The translations under genes and the position numbers were made by a program. A DNA stretch of 64,000 bases, taken from assembly GCA_951406725.2 (NCBI GenBank), contig OX597823.1, forward strand, positions 114,266,001 through 114,330,000, read 5' to 3'. Positions 1 through 12,040 of this stretch are shown piece after piece (within the stretch, counting starts at the first letter, position 1; each line of letters begins with the position of its first letter). Under the pieces are notes generated by a model. That model made no database searches, was not told the origin of the DNA, and saw only the letters and a program-made list of their open reading frames with translations. The DNA is from Octopus vulgaris. Lineage: Eukaryota.

Positions 1-58
<58 letters not shown>
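1..58. repeat. (TA)n microsatellite
   Basis: Uninterrupted TA dinucleotide run at the window start. Confidence 0.95.
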
Positions 59-69
<11 letters not shown>

Positions 70-812
70 TACATGCGTATACATGTATATGTGCATAACA
101 TTTTGTATGCGTGTATTTATAATCATATATTATTAGTGTAGGAATGCGTCTGGGTACGGATACATGTATATGCTTCTATATATACGTGTGTGTGTGTGTG
201 TCTATTTATATGGATGAATGCATGTATGTGTTCGGACGTATGTCAGTATGTATGTATCTATGCATCTATATATGTACCTGTGTAAGCTTGTATGCAGGTA
301 CGTATGGACGTACGATTCAGGGGTTATATAATCACAAGTTAGCACCTATTATTAAAAGGGCTCAAGACGTTTATGTGCACGGAATTAATATTTATAGCTT
401 AAATAATATTACACCGTTCTGGGGATATATTACAAACGAAACAATTGTGTGCCTGTATATGTGTGTAGTGTGTGTGTGTGCGTGCGTGTTTGTATGTGTG
501 CAGCTCTGTGTGCGCTCGTGTGGGTGGAAATAGAGAATACAGGAACAAACGAGGTATTAATATGTTATCAAGAATCTTTTGCCTAACTCGTGTCTCTTTG
601 TGGTATGTTGTGAATCACGTGTCTCAGAAATTCAGGATATTATCAAACACGCCATAGTCAATGTCTTCTATGTTGATGAGTGAGCAGAACATTTCGTTTT
701 ATAACCGAATATAAGCATTAGTGCCTCTGTGTGTGTGTGTGTATGCGTGTGTGTGTGTGTGTGTGTTATGAGTGTAGGAATGCGTCTGGGTACGGATACA
801 TGTATGTGTCTC

Positions 813-1032
813 GGCAGAAGCGTTAGCACGCCGGGCGAAATGTGTAGCCGTATTTCGTCTGCCGTTACGTTCTGAGTTCAAATTCCGCCGAGGTCGACTT
901 TGCCTTTCATCCTTTCGGGGTCGATAAATTAGGTACCAGTTACGCACTGGGGTCGATGTAATCGACTTATTCCCTTTGTCTGTCCTTGTTTGTCCCCTCT
1001 GTGTTTAGCCCCTTGTGGGTAGTAAAGAAATA
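813..1032 (+). mobile_element. tRNA-derived SINE, family A (octopus-type), slightly 5'-truncated
   Basis: ggcagaagcgttagcacgccgggcgaaatg...gagttcaaattcc (B-box-like)...gactttgcctttcatcctttcggggtcgataaa...gtgggtagtaaagaaata. The same sequence recurs at 18820, 46769, 48774, 49470 and 57863. Confidence 0.85.
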
Positions 1033-1101
1033 CATATATATAAGCATCAGTGCCTATATAAGCATTAATGCATGAGGAGTATGCAGGTTACGTGTGCGCT
1101 T

Positions 1102-1444
1102 TTATTAACTCCGCCTTAGCGGAGGCAGAGGCATTGTTTCCAGTCGTGTTTGTTTGTTTGCTTGTCCGTGGACATGATATCTCAAGAACCACTGGATGGA
1201 TTCGGATGAAACTTTCAAGGATCTTTGACCTTGTGACTGGCACGAACTGATTAAAGTTTGGAATCGATTCGGTACCGGACAAGGATTCTTGAGAGCGGAT
1301 GGGTTTAATTTGAGTATTCCCGTTTCTAATAGCAATCAAGTTTATTTCATGTATTCTCGTTTTGAATATCATCTCCAGCTAATCGTTGAGAGGACGTTGG
1401 TGTTGCCTTGGCGGCTGTTTGCGCTCTTGGAGTGCTCTTCTTGT
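1102..1444 (+). mobile_element. Non-autonomous Helentron-associated (HINE/DINE-1-like) element
   Basis: 5' ttattaactccgcc with a nearby inverted copy (gcggagg), a (GTTT)n tract, 3' ttggcgg sub-terminal repeat and a terminal hairpin gcgctc-ttg-gagtgc. The 3' end matches 50349-50400 in reverse. Confidence 0.6.
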
Positions 1445-1779
1445 AGATGTTTCGCCTTTGTATAAATTTTAAAGCGTGTGTTTACGTATGTATATGTATT
1501 TATCGGAGGATGTATATGTAAATTAAACAGTTTCTTTTTATATATAACACAGTGTATATCGATTCATGAAATATTCATAATGCTAACAAATCTTCACTTA
1601 TACACTTGAAATTCTTAGGTATGCCAACTGAAAACGATATGAAACGCTGTTAAGTCAACAAGAACGGCACTGGTTCTATGCTTCATGGGTTATTTCCCTT
1701 CTCTAGCGAAAATGTGATTTTGGTTTTGTTACTCTTAATATAAACTCCTATATAATGCTGTAACGTATCAGAGCATCGT

Positions 1780-2090
1780 TGTTGTTTGTTTGTTCCTTCT
1801 CGAACCATGCTTGGCTCATAAAAGCCGGTTTCCCGGTTTCCTTGGCATATAGGTTCCCCACTTAGACGGGATGCCGGTCCGTCGCAGGTGAGCTGCTATA
1901 TGCAGGAGGAAAGAGTGAGAGAATGTTGTGGCGAAAGAATCAGCAGAAGTTTCGACATTACCTTCTGCCGTAGCTACGTGGAACTTAGGTGCTTCGCTAA
2001 TAAACACACACATCACCCGGTCTGAGATTCGAACCCGCGATCCCTCGACCGCGAGTCCGCTGCTCTAACCACTAGGCCACGTGCCTCCAC
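1780..2090 (-). mobile_element. tRNA-derived SINE, family C, full length with 10-bp TSD
   Basis: Minus strand starts gtggaggcacgTGGCCTAGTGG (A box)...GGTTCGAATC (B box) and ends in an (AAAC)n tail. TSD agagcatcgt at 1770-1779 and 2091-2100. Second copy at 36001-36309. Confidence 0.88.
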
Positions 2091-2407
2091 AGAGCATCGT
2101 GTATCGGGCCAATTGCATGTAAGAATTTAGTGAGTTGTGTATCTATTTAAATTCTTTATGTTTATGTTAAGCACAGCATAAGTCATAATTTTGTTGAGAG
2201 GCTTGGATGATACCGTGGGCTTCAGTATTTCACAGCCCATTGTCGAGGCTCTGTAATGAAAGGCAGGGCTGATCTCAACAGAAACTAAATTCAGAACGTA
2301 AATTACACGAAACAATACCGCTATTTCCGATATGTGTGCGTGTCTGTGTGTGTGTGTGCGCGCGCGTGCACTGAGCGTCTCTGTTGAAGCGCATGTGTAC
2401 ATGGCTA

Positions 2408-2907
2408 TTATTATTTTATTATTGTTCGACCGAAGTCGAGACAATGGAATTTACTATGTTACGCCCGACTTCACGGTCCATCATAGCATTACAGAGGTCC
2501 CGTTGCTGGATGCCTGTATCCCTGGAGATTACATCAGGGTAGGAGAGTGTGCGCCCTCTGGTATCGCGAGCGGATAGCTTCCAGAGAAGAGTAGAAATTA
2601 CCTCGTTTTCAGCTCTACAACAATGTCCAGCAAACTGGACCCTTCTACCTTTCACAAAAGGTGATGCAGGTTGTAATTTCCCATATATTTGTGTTTTGGT
2701 TGGATGACGCTTCCACGAGAGATTTTGAGCTCTCATAAGGAGGCGAGTGTAAGTTCCATCCAACCGCCTCTCAAGCTTCTTTGATAACGTCCACGTTTCT
2801 GAGCCATGTTGTAGAATTGGTTCGACTGTGGCTTTGAAGATTTTAAGTTTGAAATTTCTTCTTAGATTTGATGACCAGATCTTATGCATATCATTACAGG
2901 CTGACCA
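2408..2907 (-). mobile_element. 3' fragment of RTE-clade LINE (RT C-terminal region)
   Basis: ORF 2419..2889 has KLKIFKATVEPILQHGSETWTL...RRVQFAGHC, matching the RTE post-RT motifs 'LYG.ETW' and 'R..F.GH'. It ends in an (AAT)n tail and is 5'-truncated. Confidence 0.8.
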
Positions 2908-3210
2908 CGGCTAGATGTACAATAGAGAATGTGATGCGAAAAATAGCAAGATGAAAAGCAAAAGGAAAAAATTCAATCAGCTGATCTCCTCGATTTGAAG
3001 ATAAACGTTTCTTTTACCAGTGCCATAGATATTATTACAGGCAATTAATGTACATAACATCTGAAACATCAACTAAGCTTTAATATGCGATATAAGCAAG
3101 AAGTTAATACGTCTCAAGTATGTATCATATTTATCATTCAGCCTAAAGCTTCCGTAGTTGATCCTGTGGCGAAGTAAAGCTAATTATGTGGCGAGAATAT
3201 TAAAACATAA

Positions 3211-3418
3211 CTCTTTACTCTTTCACTTGTTTCAGTAATTTGACTGCGGCCATGCTGGAGCACCGTCTTTAGTCGAGCAAATTGACCCCATGACTTATTC
3301 TTTGTAAGCCTAGTACTTATTCTATCAGTCTCTTTTGCCGAACCGCTAACTTACTGGGACGTAAACACACCAGCATCGGTTGTAAAGCGATGTTGGGGAG
3401 ACAAACACAGACACACAA

Positions 3419-3467
<49 letters not shown>

Positions 3468-3607
3468 TACGACGGGCTTCTTTCAATTTCCGTCTACCAG
3501 ATCCACTCACAAAGCTTTGGTCGGCCCGAGGTGCCACGCAGTGGGACTGAACCCGGATCCATATGGTTGGTAAGCAAGATACTTACCACACGACCACTCC
3601 TACGCCT
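3211..3607 (-). mobile_element. tRNA-derived CORE-type SINE, family B (octopus OR-like), internally deleted
   Basis: Minus strand aggcgtaggagtggtcgtgtggtaag...ccgggttcagtccc, an internal (TA)/(TG) tract, and a 3' agtgaaagagtaaagag tail. Same family as 28006-28427 and 59808-60050. Confidence 0.8.
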
Positions 3608-4174
3608 ACATTAGATTATTCAGCAGTATTATGTTAATAAGGTTTTAGTGAATGTGAGTGATAATTGCAGACATGCTTCAGCCTTATTAGATTTCCTCAG
3701 CAAAACAGCAATCTCTTACTTGGCACATAAGAAATGAGAGAATCACTGTATTGATTCATATGTTTTCAAAACATATCATATCAGAAAAATTCAGCAGATT
3801 TAACCAGCGGTTCCGCCTACACATCATATAACACTCAGTGTCAGGGCTACCATTCTTAAAGCGTATTTCAGAAGAGAATCGTATAAGAAGAGCAGACAAT
3901 AGAAAAACGCGACGTTACTATTGTCTGATATTATTTAAAATATGATGTGTATACTGTCAAATATAATCTCTTTCAATCCCCTACAAGACATCAGTAATAC
4001 CAAAACCTATATAATAGATCTAAAGCTTCAAATGTATATATCGAATCAAGGGTATTAGAACGTTGATGGCTTTTCGGCAAATCTCAAGACGAGCGTCGTA
4101 AATTGTACGCGTGCACGTGTGTCTGTGTGTAAGTGCGTGTGGGATCTCCTGCGTATGCATGTATGTGTGTGTGA

Positions 4175-4221
<47 letters not shown>

Positions 4222-4317
4222 GATAGATATAATGACAGATAGATAAATAGACAGAAACAGATAGCTAGTGAGAGAAAGCCAGAGAGGGGAAAATATTGAC
4301 AGCTAGGTAGATAGTTC

Positions 4318-4318
4318 A

Positions 4319-4399
<81 letters not shown>

Positions 4400-4496
4400 C
4401 AGACAGAGAGACAGATAGACAGATAGATAGATTACATACATACATAGGTAGATAGGTAGATAAATAGATAGATACATACATACATATATACATAGG

Positions 4497-4564
<68 letters not shown>

Positions 4565-4572
4565 TAGATAGA
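4318..4572. repeat. (GATA)n/(TACA)n/(GA)n compound microsatellite
   Basis: Long agat repeats. These produce the spurious SIYL ORFs. Confidence 0.95.
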
Positions 4573-5549
4573 TGTGTATATGTATAAGAACATACACACG
4601 CAAACAGATATATACGTATAGAAAAAGAAATCTGATGAGACGAGTAAAAGAATAAGAATTACAATAGAATCTAAGTGCTTAAATGATTGCAGTTCTCTCC
4701 TCTTGCAGAGAAGAATAGCAAGTGCAATTTGCAACCGATTCCAAAGGACGCAGTAATATATAGAGTAACCCGTTGCCATATCGCGGTTTATTATTTACTC
4801 TTAGGTCGATTCCTCCGTGGTGTTGTTCTGCATCTATGATAAAATAAATATATACAAATTATAGAAATAATAAAAGATATACAGAGTACCGTTTCTACTT
4901 CGCGGATTCTTACTTATTGCATGCGGTTTTGGAACGTAACACGGGCGAATGTCGAGGGATTACTGTACAGTAAAATCAAGCGTTTACCGAAAATGACCAG
5001 TCACAAATAACAGAAAACATGATTGCCTGGAAAGATATGGACAGGTGCGAATATGTGTTCCTGCCTCACTAGGCCTCATCAACTCAGCATCGTTTTACCT
5101 ACTAATAATCCGAAGTGGAAAATCTTGAGGGCATATACGCAGTCACATACATAAATATAATTAAACATATTTATATATATATGCGCATGTGTGTTGATGC
5201 CTAAGTATGTTTATATATGTGTATCGGTGAGTAATATCTTTCATATTTTCAAAGGTCATATTTATAATTTTGATGTAGACTTTTCATAAAAGTCACTTTG
5301 TGATTTCAGTATACAACAATTACAACTTAGATTATATAAAGACTGGACTCTAGGGAGTGTTATATATAAAGGAAAGCTTATTAATTTGAACGGAAAATGA
5401 ACTTGTGATGAGAGGCAAGACAAAATTTAATTAGTTTAGTTGTATGTAATAAATATATTAAAATCTACACTGTCCTACCACCACATGGAGTTCGTTTTCA
5501 TGTTATGTTTTGTTTCAATGATCAAGCCAATCTGTGGAAATACATACAT

Positions 5550-5649
<100 letters not shown>

Positions 5650-5668
5650 GTATGTATATGTATGTATT

Positions 5669-5715
<47 letters not shown>

Positions 5716-5719
5716 GTGT

Positions 5720-5751
<32 letters not shown>

Positions 5752-7439
5752 ATAATTTCCTGCCTCGTTTCCTTGATATATTTTACAAGATGTCGGCTAA
5801 ACTGGTAACAAAGGTTGATTGGATATCGTGGAGCAAGTTTCTGTGTTCGGTGAACCATTTTAAGTTTGCAACAGTTTCAAAGATACTGCCTTACATTTAA
5901 TGGTATCATACCAACCTTTGATATTTTGATTTCTATTAATATATAAGATATATATGTATATATAATTCTCTACAACTATTCTCCACGGACAGAATATATA
6001 TATTATTGATTTTTGTATTTATATAATCATATATAAATGGACACTTCGCATTTTTCTGTGCACTCATACATACAAATATATCTGCATAAATATATGCATG
6101 TATGTGTATATGTATATACAATATATATATATATATAATTATATACATATATATATACACACATATATATAATTATATATATATATACATACATTCATAC
6201 AGACATTTATTTTTATATTCTAATGTACATTCCAAGCTAGTACATATGTAAGCAATTATGATGCAGATATATATGCTAATATATAACTATATAGGTACAC
6301 ACGTACTTGTACACACTAATGTGTGTGTGTATATATATACATATATTCATAATATATATATGTCATAAGTACACACCTTCGTTATATTGCACATATATTC
6401 CACATATAGATATATTCAAATATCATTGCAAAGAATTTTTGAAAAAATATCAAAGATTGTATTAATTCGCTATATTTTATTGCTTGTTTGAAGCTAAAAA
6501 AAAATAGAAAAACGGCTTACAATTTCGACACATGATATATACACATATGCTTACACGCACACACTCCCTCTCACTCGCACTCACAGGCGCGTGCGCACAC
6601 TCGTATAAACAAAACACCTACTCGCACACATATTCTTGGGAAAAATCAATACCAGCCGTTTCCTTTTATCTTATTAACCTTAGTTGCGCCTGTAAAATTG
6701 TTCCAGACAACCAGCTAATAACTTAGAGAGACTTACTAAAGTATTTATTATGAAACTGTAAAATACAGAAGCATTAACTATTCAACGTATTCTAGCGTTC
6801 AATGTTCCTGTTTTTATATCTTATCGTAGTAGACAGAAAGACAGAAAGACCGAGGGCGATATAGGATATATGTGTGTATGTGGATGTCTGGGAACCTTTG
6901 GAGAGAGACAGACAGACAGACAGACTGATTGAGAGACAGAGACAGAGAGAGAGAACTGTCCTTTGTTTTGAAACACTACGATTCATGTAGGTGTTTATGA
7001 CCCTATATTTCTGTGTCTTTGTTTTCGCCTTATTTGATTTTGTATATGTGTCTACGTGCGTATGAGTGTGTATGCGTATGTAATTCGGTTTCTGAGCGTG
7101 ATGCTGATAGATAAAGAGAGAAATGAGATACCAGTGCGGCTGTGAATACTCGCGTGTGTGAGTATTAGCGGTAATGTGCATGCGTATCTCTGGTATCTCT
7201 TTGTCAGTCTGTGTGTGTTAGTATTTCTCCTTATGTATTTATGTTTGTAATAATGTGATTTTCGTTTCCAAAATCTCTTTATGTTTATTATTGCGTTTGG
7301 TCTTAGGATATAATTTGTTAATCTCTATATTTTCTTCAGCGATGCTTCGACTGTAAACTATATATTTGAACAGGGGAAAACGTTGCCAACACGTCCGTAT
7401 TTGTAAATACATAAATACATACATACATACATACATATA

Positions 7440-7501
<62 letters not shown>

Positions 7502-8615
7502 CATATATATATATATTTAGATGTATATATGTCTATATATAATATATATACACACATATATATATATATATATATGCATATACATGCATATATACATACA
7601 CACATATACATGCATACATATATACAGACATAAACATACGTATATATATAAAATTATATATATGTATGCATGTATGTATGTATTTGCGTGATTTCTGCTG
7701 TTGTTGCATCAGAAAATGTGCACGCATGTGTTATTCAGTTAATATTATTTAAGTTGCCAATTATATGTTATATTTCTACATATTAATAAGGTTTCTATTT
7801 ATTTATATTTTTTTGTGGGAGAGGCTGGAGCTATCTTAATGTGAGCATGTGTATGGGTATGCAAATATTTATTTATGTCTATATGCGCATATAAATCCAT
7901 ACCTATACCTAGACACATACACATACACACACATACGCATATACGCACCGATATACTCACTAAAACACACACACACATATATATATACATATATATATAT
8001 ATATATGCATGCATACACACATACATTATTATGTACACGCAGACTTATATATATATGTGTGTATGTTCGTGTGTGTATATGTATGAGTGTGTGTGCGCGC
8101 GAGTGTGTGTGATAGAGTCTACAATGGAGTACTTGTTTTGTCGATCTAAGCGGAACAGTAAATTATGTATATGTGTGTGCGTATGCGGCCTTTGTCAGAG
8201 CAACATCGATATTCCTCCCTGCGCCTGTTTAATCTAGTTTCCCTGCCGTAAGGCTTCATTTCCACACACACCAGCTGAATTCAATTCGTCCTCACTCGAA
8301 AGACACCTGTTGTTATATCATGTTATTATTTTTATTGTATTTGTGTAACATGGTCCCCTTTTTTTTTTTCATTCGCTGCTTTCTTCCAAGGAATCTAATG
8401 CTCTTAGCTTAGTTTTTCCTTGGGGCTGGGAAGATTGGAGCAATCTCCAGTATAATCAGCAAAAATTCCGACGATAATCTGGTACTCGACTGAGGAAAGA
8501 AAACTTCGAATGACCCGTCCTTCTTTTCTTTGTATCGTCTATCTGGATGTTTTGTTTCCCTGTCCCATTTCTGTATCACCTAGCTGTCCGGATGTTTTGG
8601 GATCTTGTCCCATTT

Positions 8616-8647
<32 letters not shown>

Positions 8648-10163
8648 AGCGAATGTGGGGATAAGCAAATTAGACACATCAATATATAAAGTATGTTAAA
8701 TACATGAAGTGCAAAATATGTAGATATGTATACATATAAAATGGTACGCAGAATACAAATGATACAGAAAATTAAAAGGATGGAAGAAAATTATTACTAA
8801 TCCAACAGCTCTTTCTGGGTGCTCGGCGATCCATAATAATGTTTGTAGATTAACTCCATCAGAGAATGCGGCCGTATGGATGCAGTTAACATAGGATGAG
8901 ACGACCGTCTGTCTTCAGGGAAGAAATCTTACATTTGAGATCTTAAAGCAGAGAAGTTCAACGATACTCTATACGGAGAACACCTAGATCTCATCGACGA
9001 AAACGATATTCTTAAATAACAATCACATCGCTAATATGATACATATTTAAAATTCACCAATTCACTTGTGTACTGTACTATTTCATAAGTCATTCCCTTG
9101 ACTGTGAACCATTTTAATGCACTTTTAAGATAAGACAACGTATCCCGTGAGAGCTAATTTAGAAAAGAGAATAAGTTACCTCAAATTTCCGGGTATATCT
9201 CTTTCAATCTCATTCAGACATGTGAAGATCCTGAGAAGGACAGGCATAAATATCACTTTATCTCACTTTCCTAACTCAAAGAACATTCGTTGCTTTGGTC
9301 GTCTAAAGAAATCAATATATTGCTTTAAGAACCACGCAAGGTTAGTTGAACACCACCAAGCTCTGTCAAAGGCATGACATGATTTAAATTCAACTTCCGG
9401 TGCCAGCTATTTAAATATCATTCTCTGTTCCATTGCCCTTTGGAAGAATCGAATGTCACAAATTCTATTTCCTCTTTTATATGACTATGCAGTGTATTTT
9501 TTTCATGTACTCTATCAGTATAATATATAAAGAATCAAATGAATGTTTTCGAATGTAAGATCATTTTCGTTAAGTTATCTTTACGTAAAGACGGTTCTAT
9601 TTCCTGTTATGCCTTCAACAGAAGATATTTTGTTAATGCCACATAGAACTGAAATATGCATTTTAGCTTTCGTCATTATCCTCAGCATGCATATATGTAA
9701 CTAAAATAAATAAAGGACAAGTCAAATATGAAAGATCAACGTTCCAATCCACCAAGTGACAGTGAGCGCTCTCGTTACTAGTTATGGCTTTGAGAAAACG
9801 ACCGTAAAGTAACGGATTCCATACTCAAGCCAAGCAGCGAGTAGCATCCTTCATCAGGTGCGCTTTATTTCATGTTTCATTTATTAGACCAGCATCAACT
9901 TCGCAGAGTGGAGATGTCGCAGAGGAAATAGTTGACCCTGGTATAGAATGACAATATAGAAGTTGTATTGTATACTACTTTTGCTGTTACTATGGTTTTA
10001 TCAGCAAATACGTCTGCAAAATTTACAGAACACTGAATAATACGGTTTTGCTTTCTGTCCCTTACCCACTCTGTCTCTATGTGAATACATATATAATTGT
10101 GTGTGTCTTTTTGTGTGTGTATCTGTGTGTGTATATATAATGAATAGCAAATAATATATTGTG

Positions 10164-10210
<47 letters not shown>

Positions 10211-10237
10211 CACATACATGTATATATCTATATCTAC

Positions 10238-10268
<31 letters not shown>

Positions 10269-10283
10269 TACACACACAAAAAG

Positions 10284-10333
<50 letters not shown>

Positions 10334-10758
10334 TTATATATTATATACACATATATTTATATACACATATATATACATGCATATTTGGTTACAGGACGTC
10401 AAAAATGGTTCATACATGATATACGTGAATAAACGAGTTAAATACGTAAACAACGAGGAAAAAAAGTGGAGAACAGGACAAGTAAACAGAGAGAACGGAC
10501 CCTTCATCAGTTATCAGCTGTCTATCTACTCCTCATTCCGAGCATTTAACGACAATATGAGTATCCAAAGACATTTCTTATAAATTCTAAAATTAAATTT
10601 AGTATTTATGGAGGGTCGAAGATGGGAACATAAACATGATAGTGGAGACATACAAACAAACTGAATGAAAACAAACTTGGAGGATCGTTAGAATACAACG
10701 AGAGGAAAATTATGAACGCGTTGAGAAATATTTCTTTCAAAGCAGAAAAGATAGAAGC

Positions 10759-10792
<34 letters not shown>

Positions 10793-10959
10793 CATAAGGG
10801 ACTAAAGCCATCTGAATATGGCTAGGGACAGGGCAGGGTGGTGGGGGTGTTACTGTTGCATTTAGCCCCAGGCGAACATCGACGTCACCAGAAAGGCCCG
10901 ACACCGTCACGGTGTCCTTAACCTGCAAAGGAGGTAATTCCCCGATGAAGCGGAAACCA

Positions 10960-11005
10960 CACACGGACCATGGTTTCAAGGTGTATTGCCTATCGTCGGC
11001 GTGTG
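10960..11005 (-). ncRNA. Type I hammerhead ribozyme motif (U4C core), copy 1
   Basis: Minus strand: cacacg CCGACGA t agg caataca cct t GAAA ccatgg TC cgtgtg. Stem I cacacg/cgtgtg, stem II agg/cct, palindromic stem III ACCATGGT, GUC cleavage triplet. Confidence 0.75.
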
Positions 11006-11316
11006 GTAGGCTTCCGCTTCCTCGACGAATTCTCACTCTGCAGGATATTCATATATAGATTTTCAAGCAAAATACATTTGCTGATTTCGAAAATCTGTTC
11101 GAAAGCAATAATAATTCTCTAAAAGAGATATAGACAGTAACTGCTCGATAACATAGGACTAAAGCCATCTGAATATGGCTAGGGACAGGGCAGGGTGGTG
11201 GGGTGTTACTGTTGCATTTAGCCCCAGGCGAACATCGACGTCACCAGAAAGGCCCGACACCGTCACGGTGTCCTTAACCTGCAAAGGGAGGTAATTCCCC
11301 GATGAAGCGGAAACCA

Positions 11317-11362
11317 CACACGGACCATGGTTTCAAGGTGTATTGCCTATCGTCGGCGTGTG
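11317..11362 (-). ncRNA. Type I hammerhead ribozyme motif (U4C core), copy 2
   Basis: Identical to copy 1 and 357 bp from it. Confidence 0.75.
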
Positions 11363-11640
11363 GTAGGCTTCCGCTTCCTCGACGAATTCTCACTCTGCAG
11401 GATATTCATATATAGATTTTCAAGCAAAATACATTTGCTGATTTCGAAAATCTGTTCGAAAGCAATAATAATTCTCTAAAAGAGATATAGACAGTAACTG
11501 CTCGATAACATAAGGGACTAAAGCCATCTGAATATGGCTAGGGACAGGGCAGGGTGGTGGGGGTGTTACTGTTGCATTTAGCCCCAGGCGAACATCGACA
11601 TCCTGCAGAGTGAGAATTCGTCGAGGAAGCGGAAGCCTAC

Positions 11641-11686
11641 CACACGCCGACGATAGGCAATACACCTTGAAACCATGGTCCGTGTG
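11641..11686 (+). ncRNA. Type I hammerhead ribozyme motif (U4C core), inverted copy
   Basis: Plus strand cacacg CCGACGA taggcaatacacctt GAAA ccatgg TC cgtgtg. Predicted cleavage after 11680. Confidence 0.75.
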
Positions 11687-12040
11687 TGGTTTCCGCTTCA
11701 TCGGGGAATTACCTCCCTTTGCAGGTTAAGGACACCGTGACGGTGTCGGGCCTTTCTGGTGACGTCGATGTTCGCCTGGGGCTAAATGCAACAGTAACAC
11801 CCCCACCACCCTGCCCTGTCCCTAGCCATATTCAGATGGCTTTAGTCCCTTATGTTATCGAGCAGTTACTGTCTATATCTCTTTTAGAGAATTATTATTG
11901 CTATATATATATATATATATATATATAAATATATATACACACACATATATATATATATATATACACATATACATATATATATACATATACATACATACAT
12001 ATATATATACCTATATTTGTATATGTATATATGTATATAC

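Larger units (their letters stand above)
10789..11902. mobile_element. Tandem (2.3 units of ~357-360 bp) plus inverted-copy array in (TA)n; retrozyme or Penelope pseudo-LTR-like
   Basis: Units start at 10789, 11148 and 11505 (third truncated at 11599), followed by an inverted copy at 11600-11902. Copies differ only by short indels in or near G runs. (TA)n flanks both sides, and each full unit contains an HHR motif. Confidence 0.85.

Noticed and set aside
2010-2090. tRNA gene
   Set aside because: The A and B boxes belong to a SINE head that continues into a SINE body and tail and is bounded by a TSD. No complete cloverleaf with an acceptor stem is evident.
8460-8525. CCGACGA and CTGAGGA boxes in a (TA)n-adjacent insert
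   Set aside because: No consistent GAAA, stem III or stem I could be built.
9800-9870. Minus-strand CTGATGA a ggat...atcc hairpin
   Set aside because: It is followed by GTTA rather than GAAA, with no stem III or stem I, so it cannot be supported as a ribozyme.
10942-11030. Plus-strand CCGATGA followed by a long hairpin as a second hammerhead
   Set aside because: No GAAA box follows the hairpin. It is the antisense of the extended stem I of the minus-strand HHR.
10737-11928. Three similar ORFs (…[32 protein letters not shown]…)
   Set aside because: They reflect the repeated non-coding unit read in both orientations. Indels between copies shift the frames, and no protein family is recognisable.
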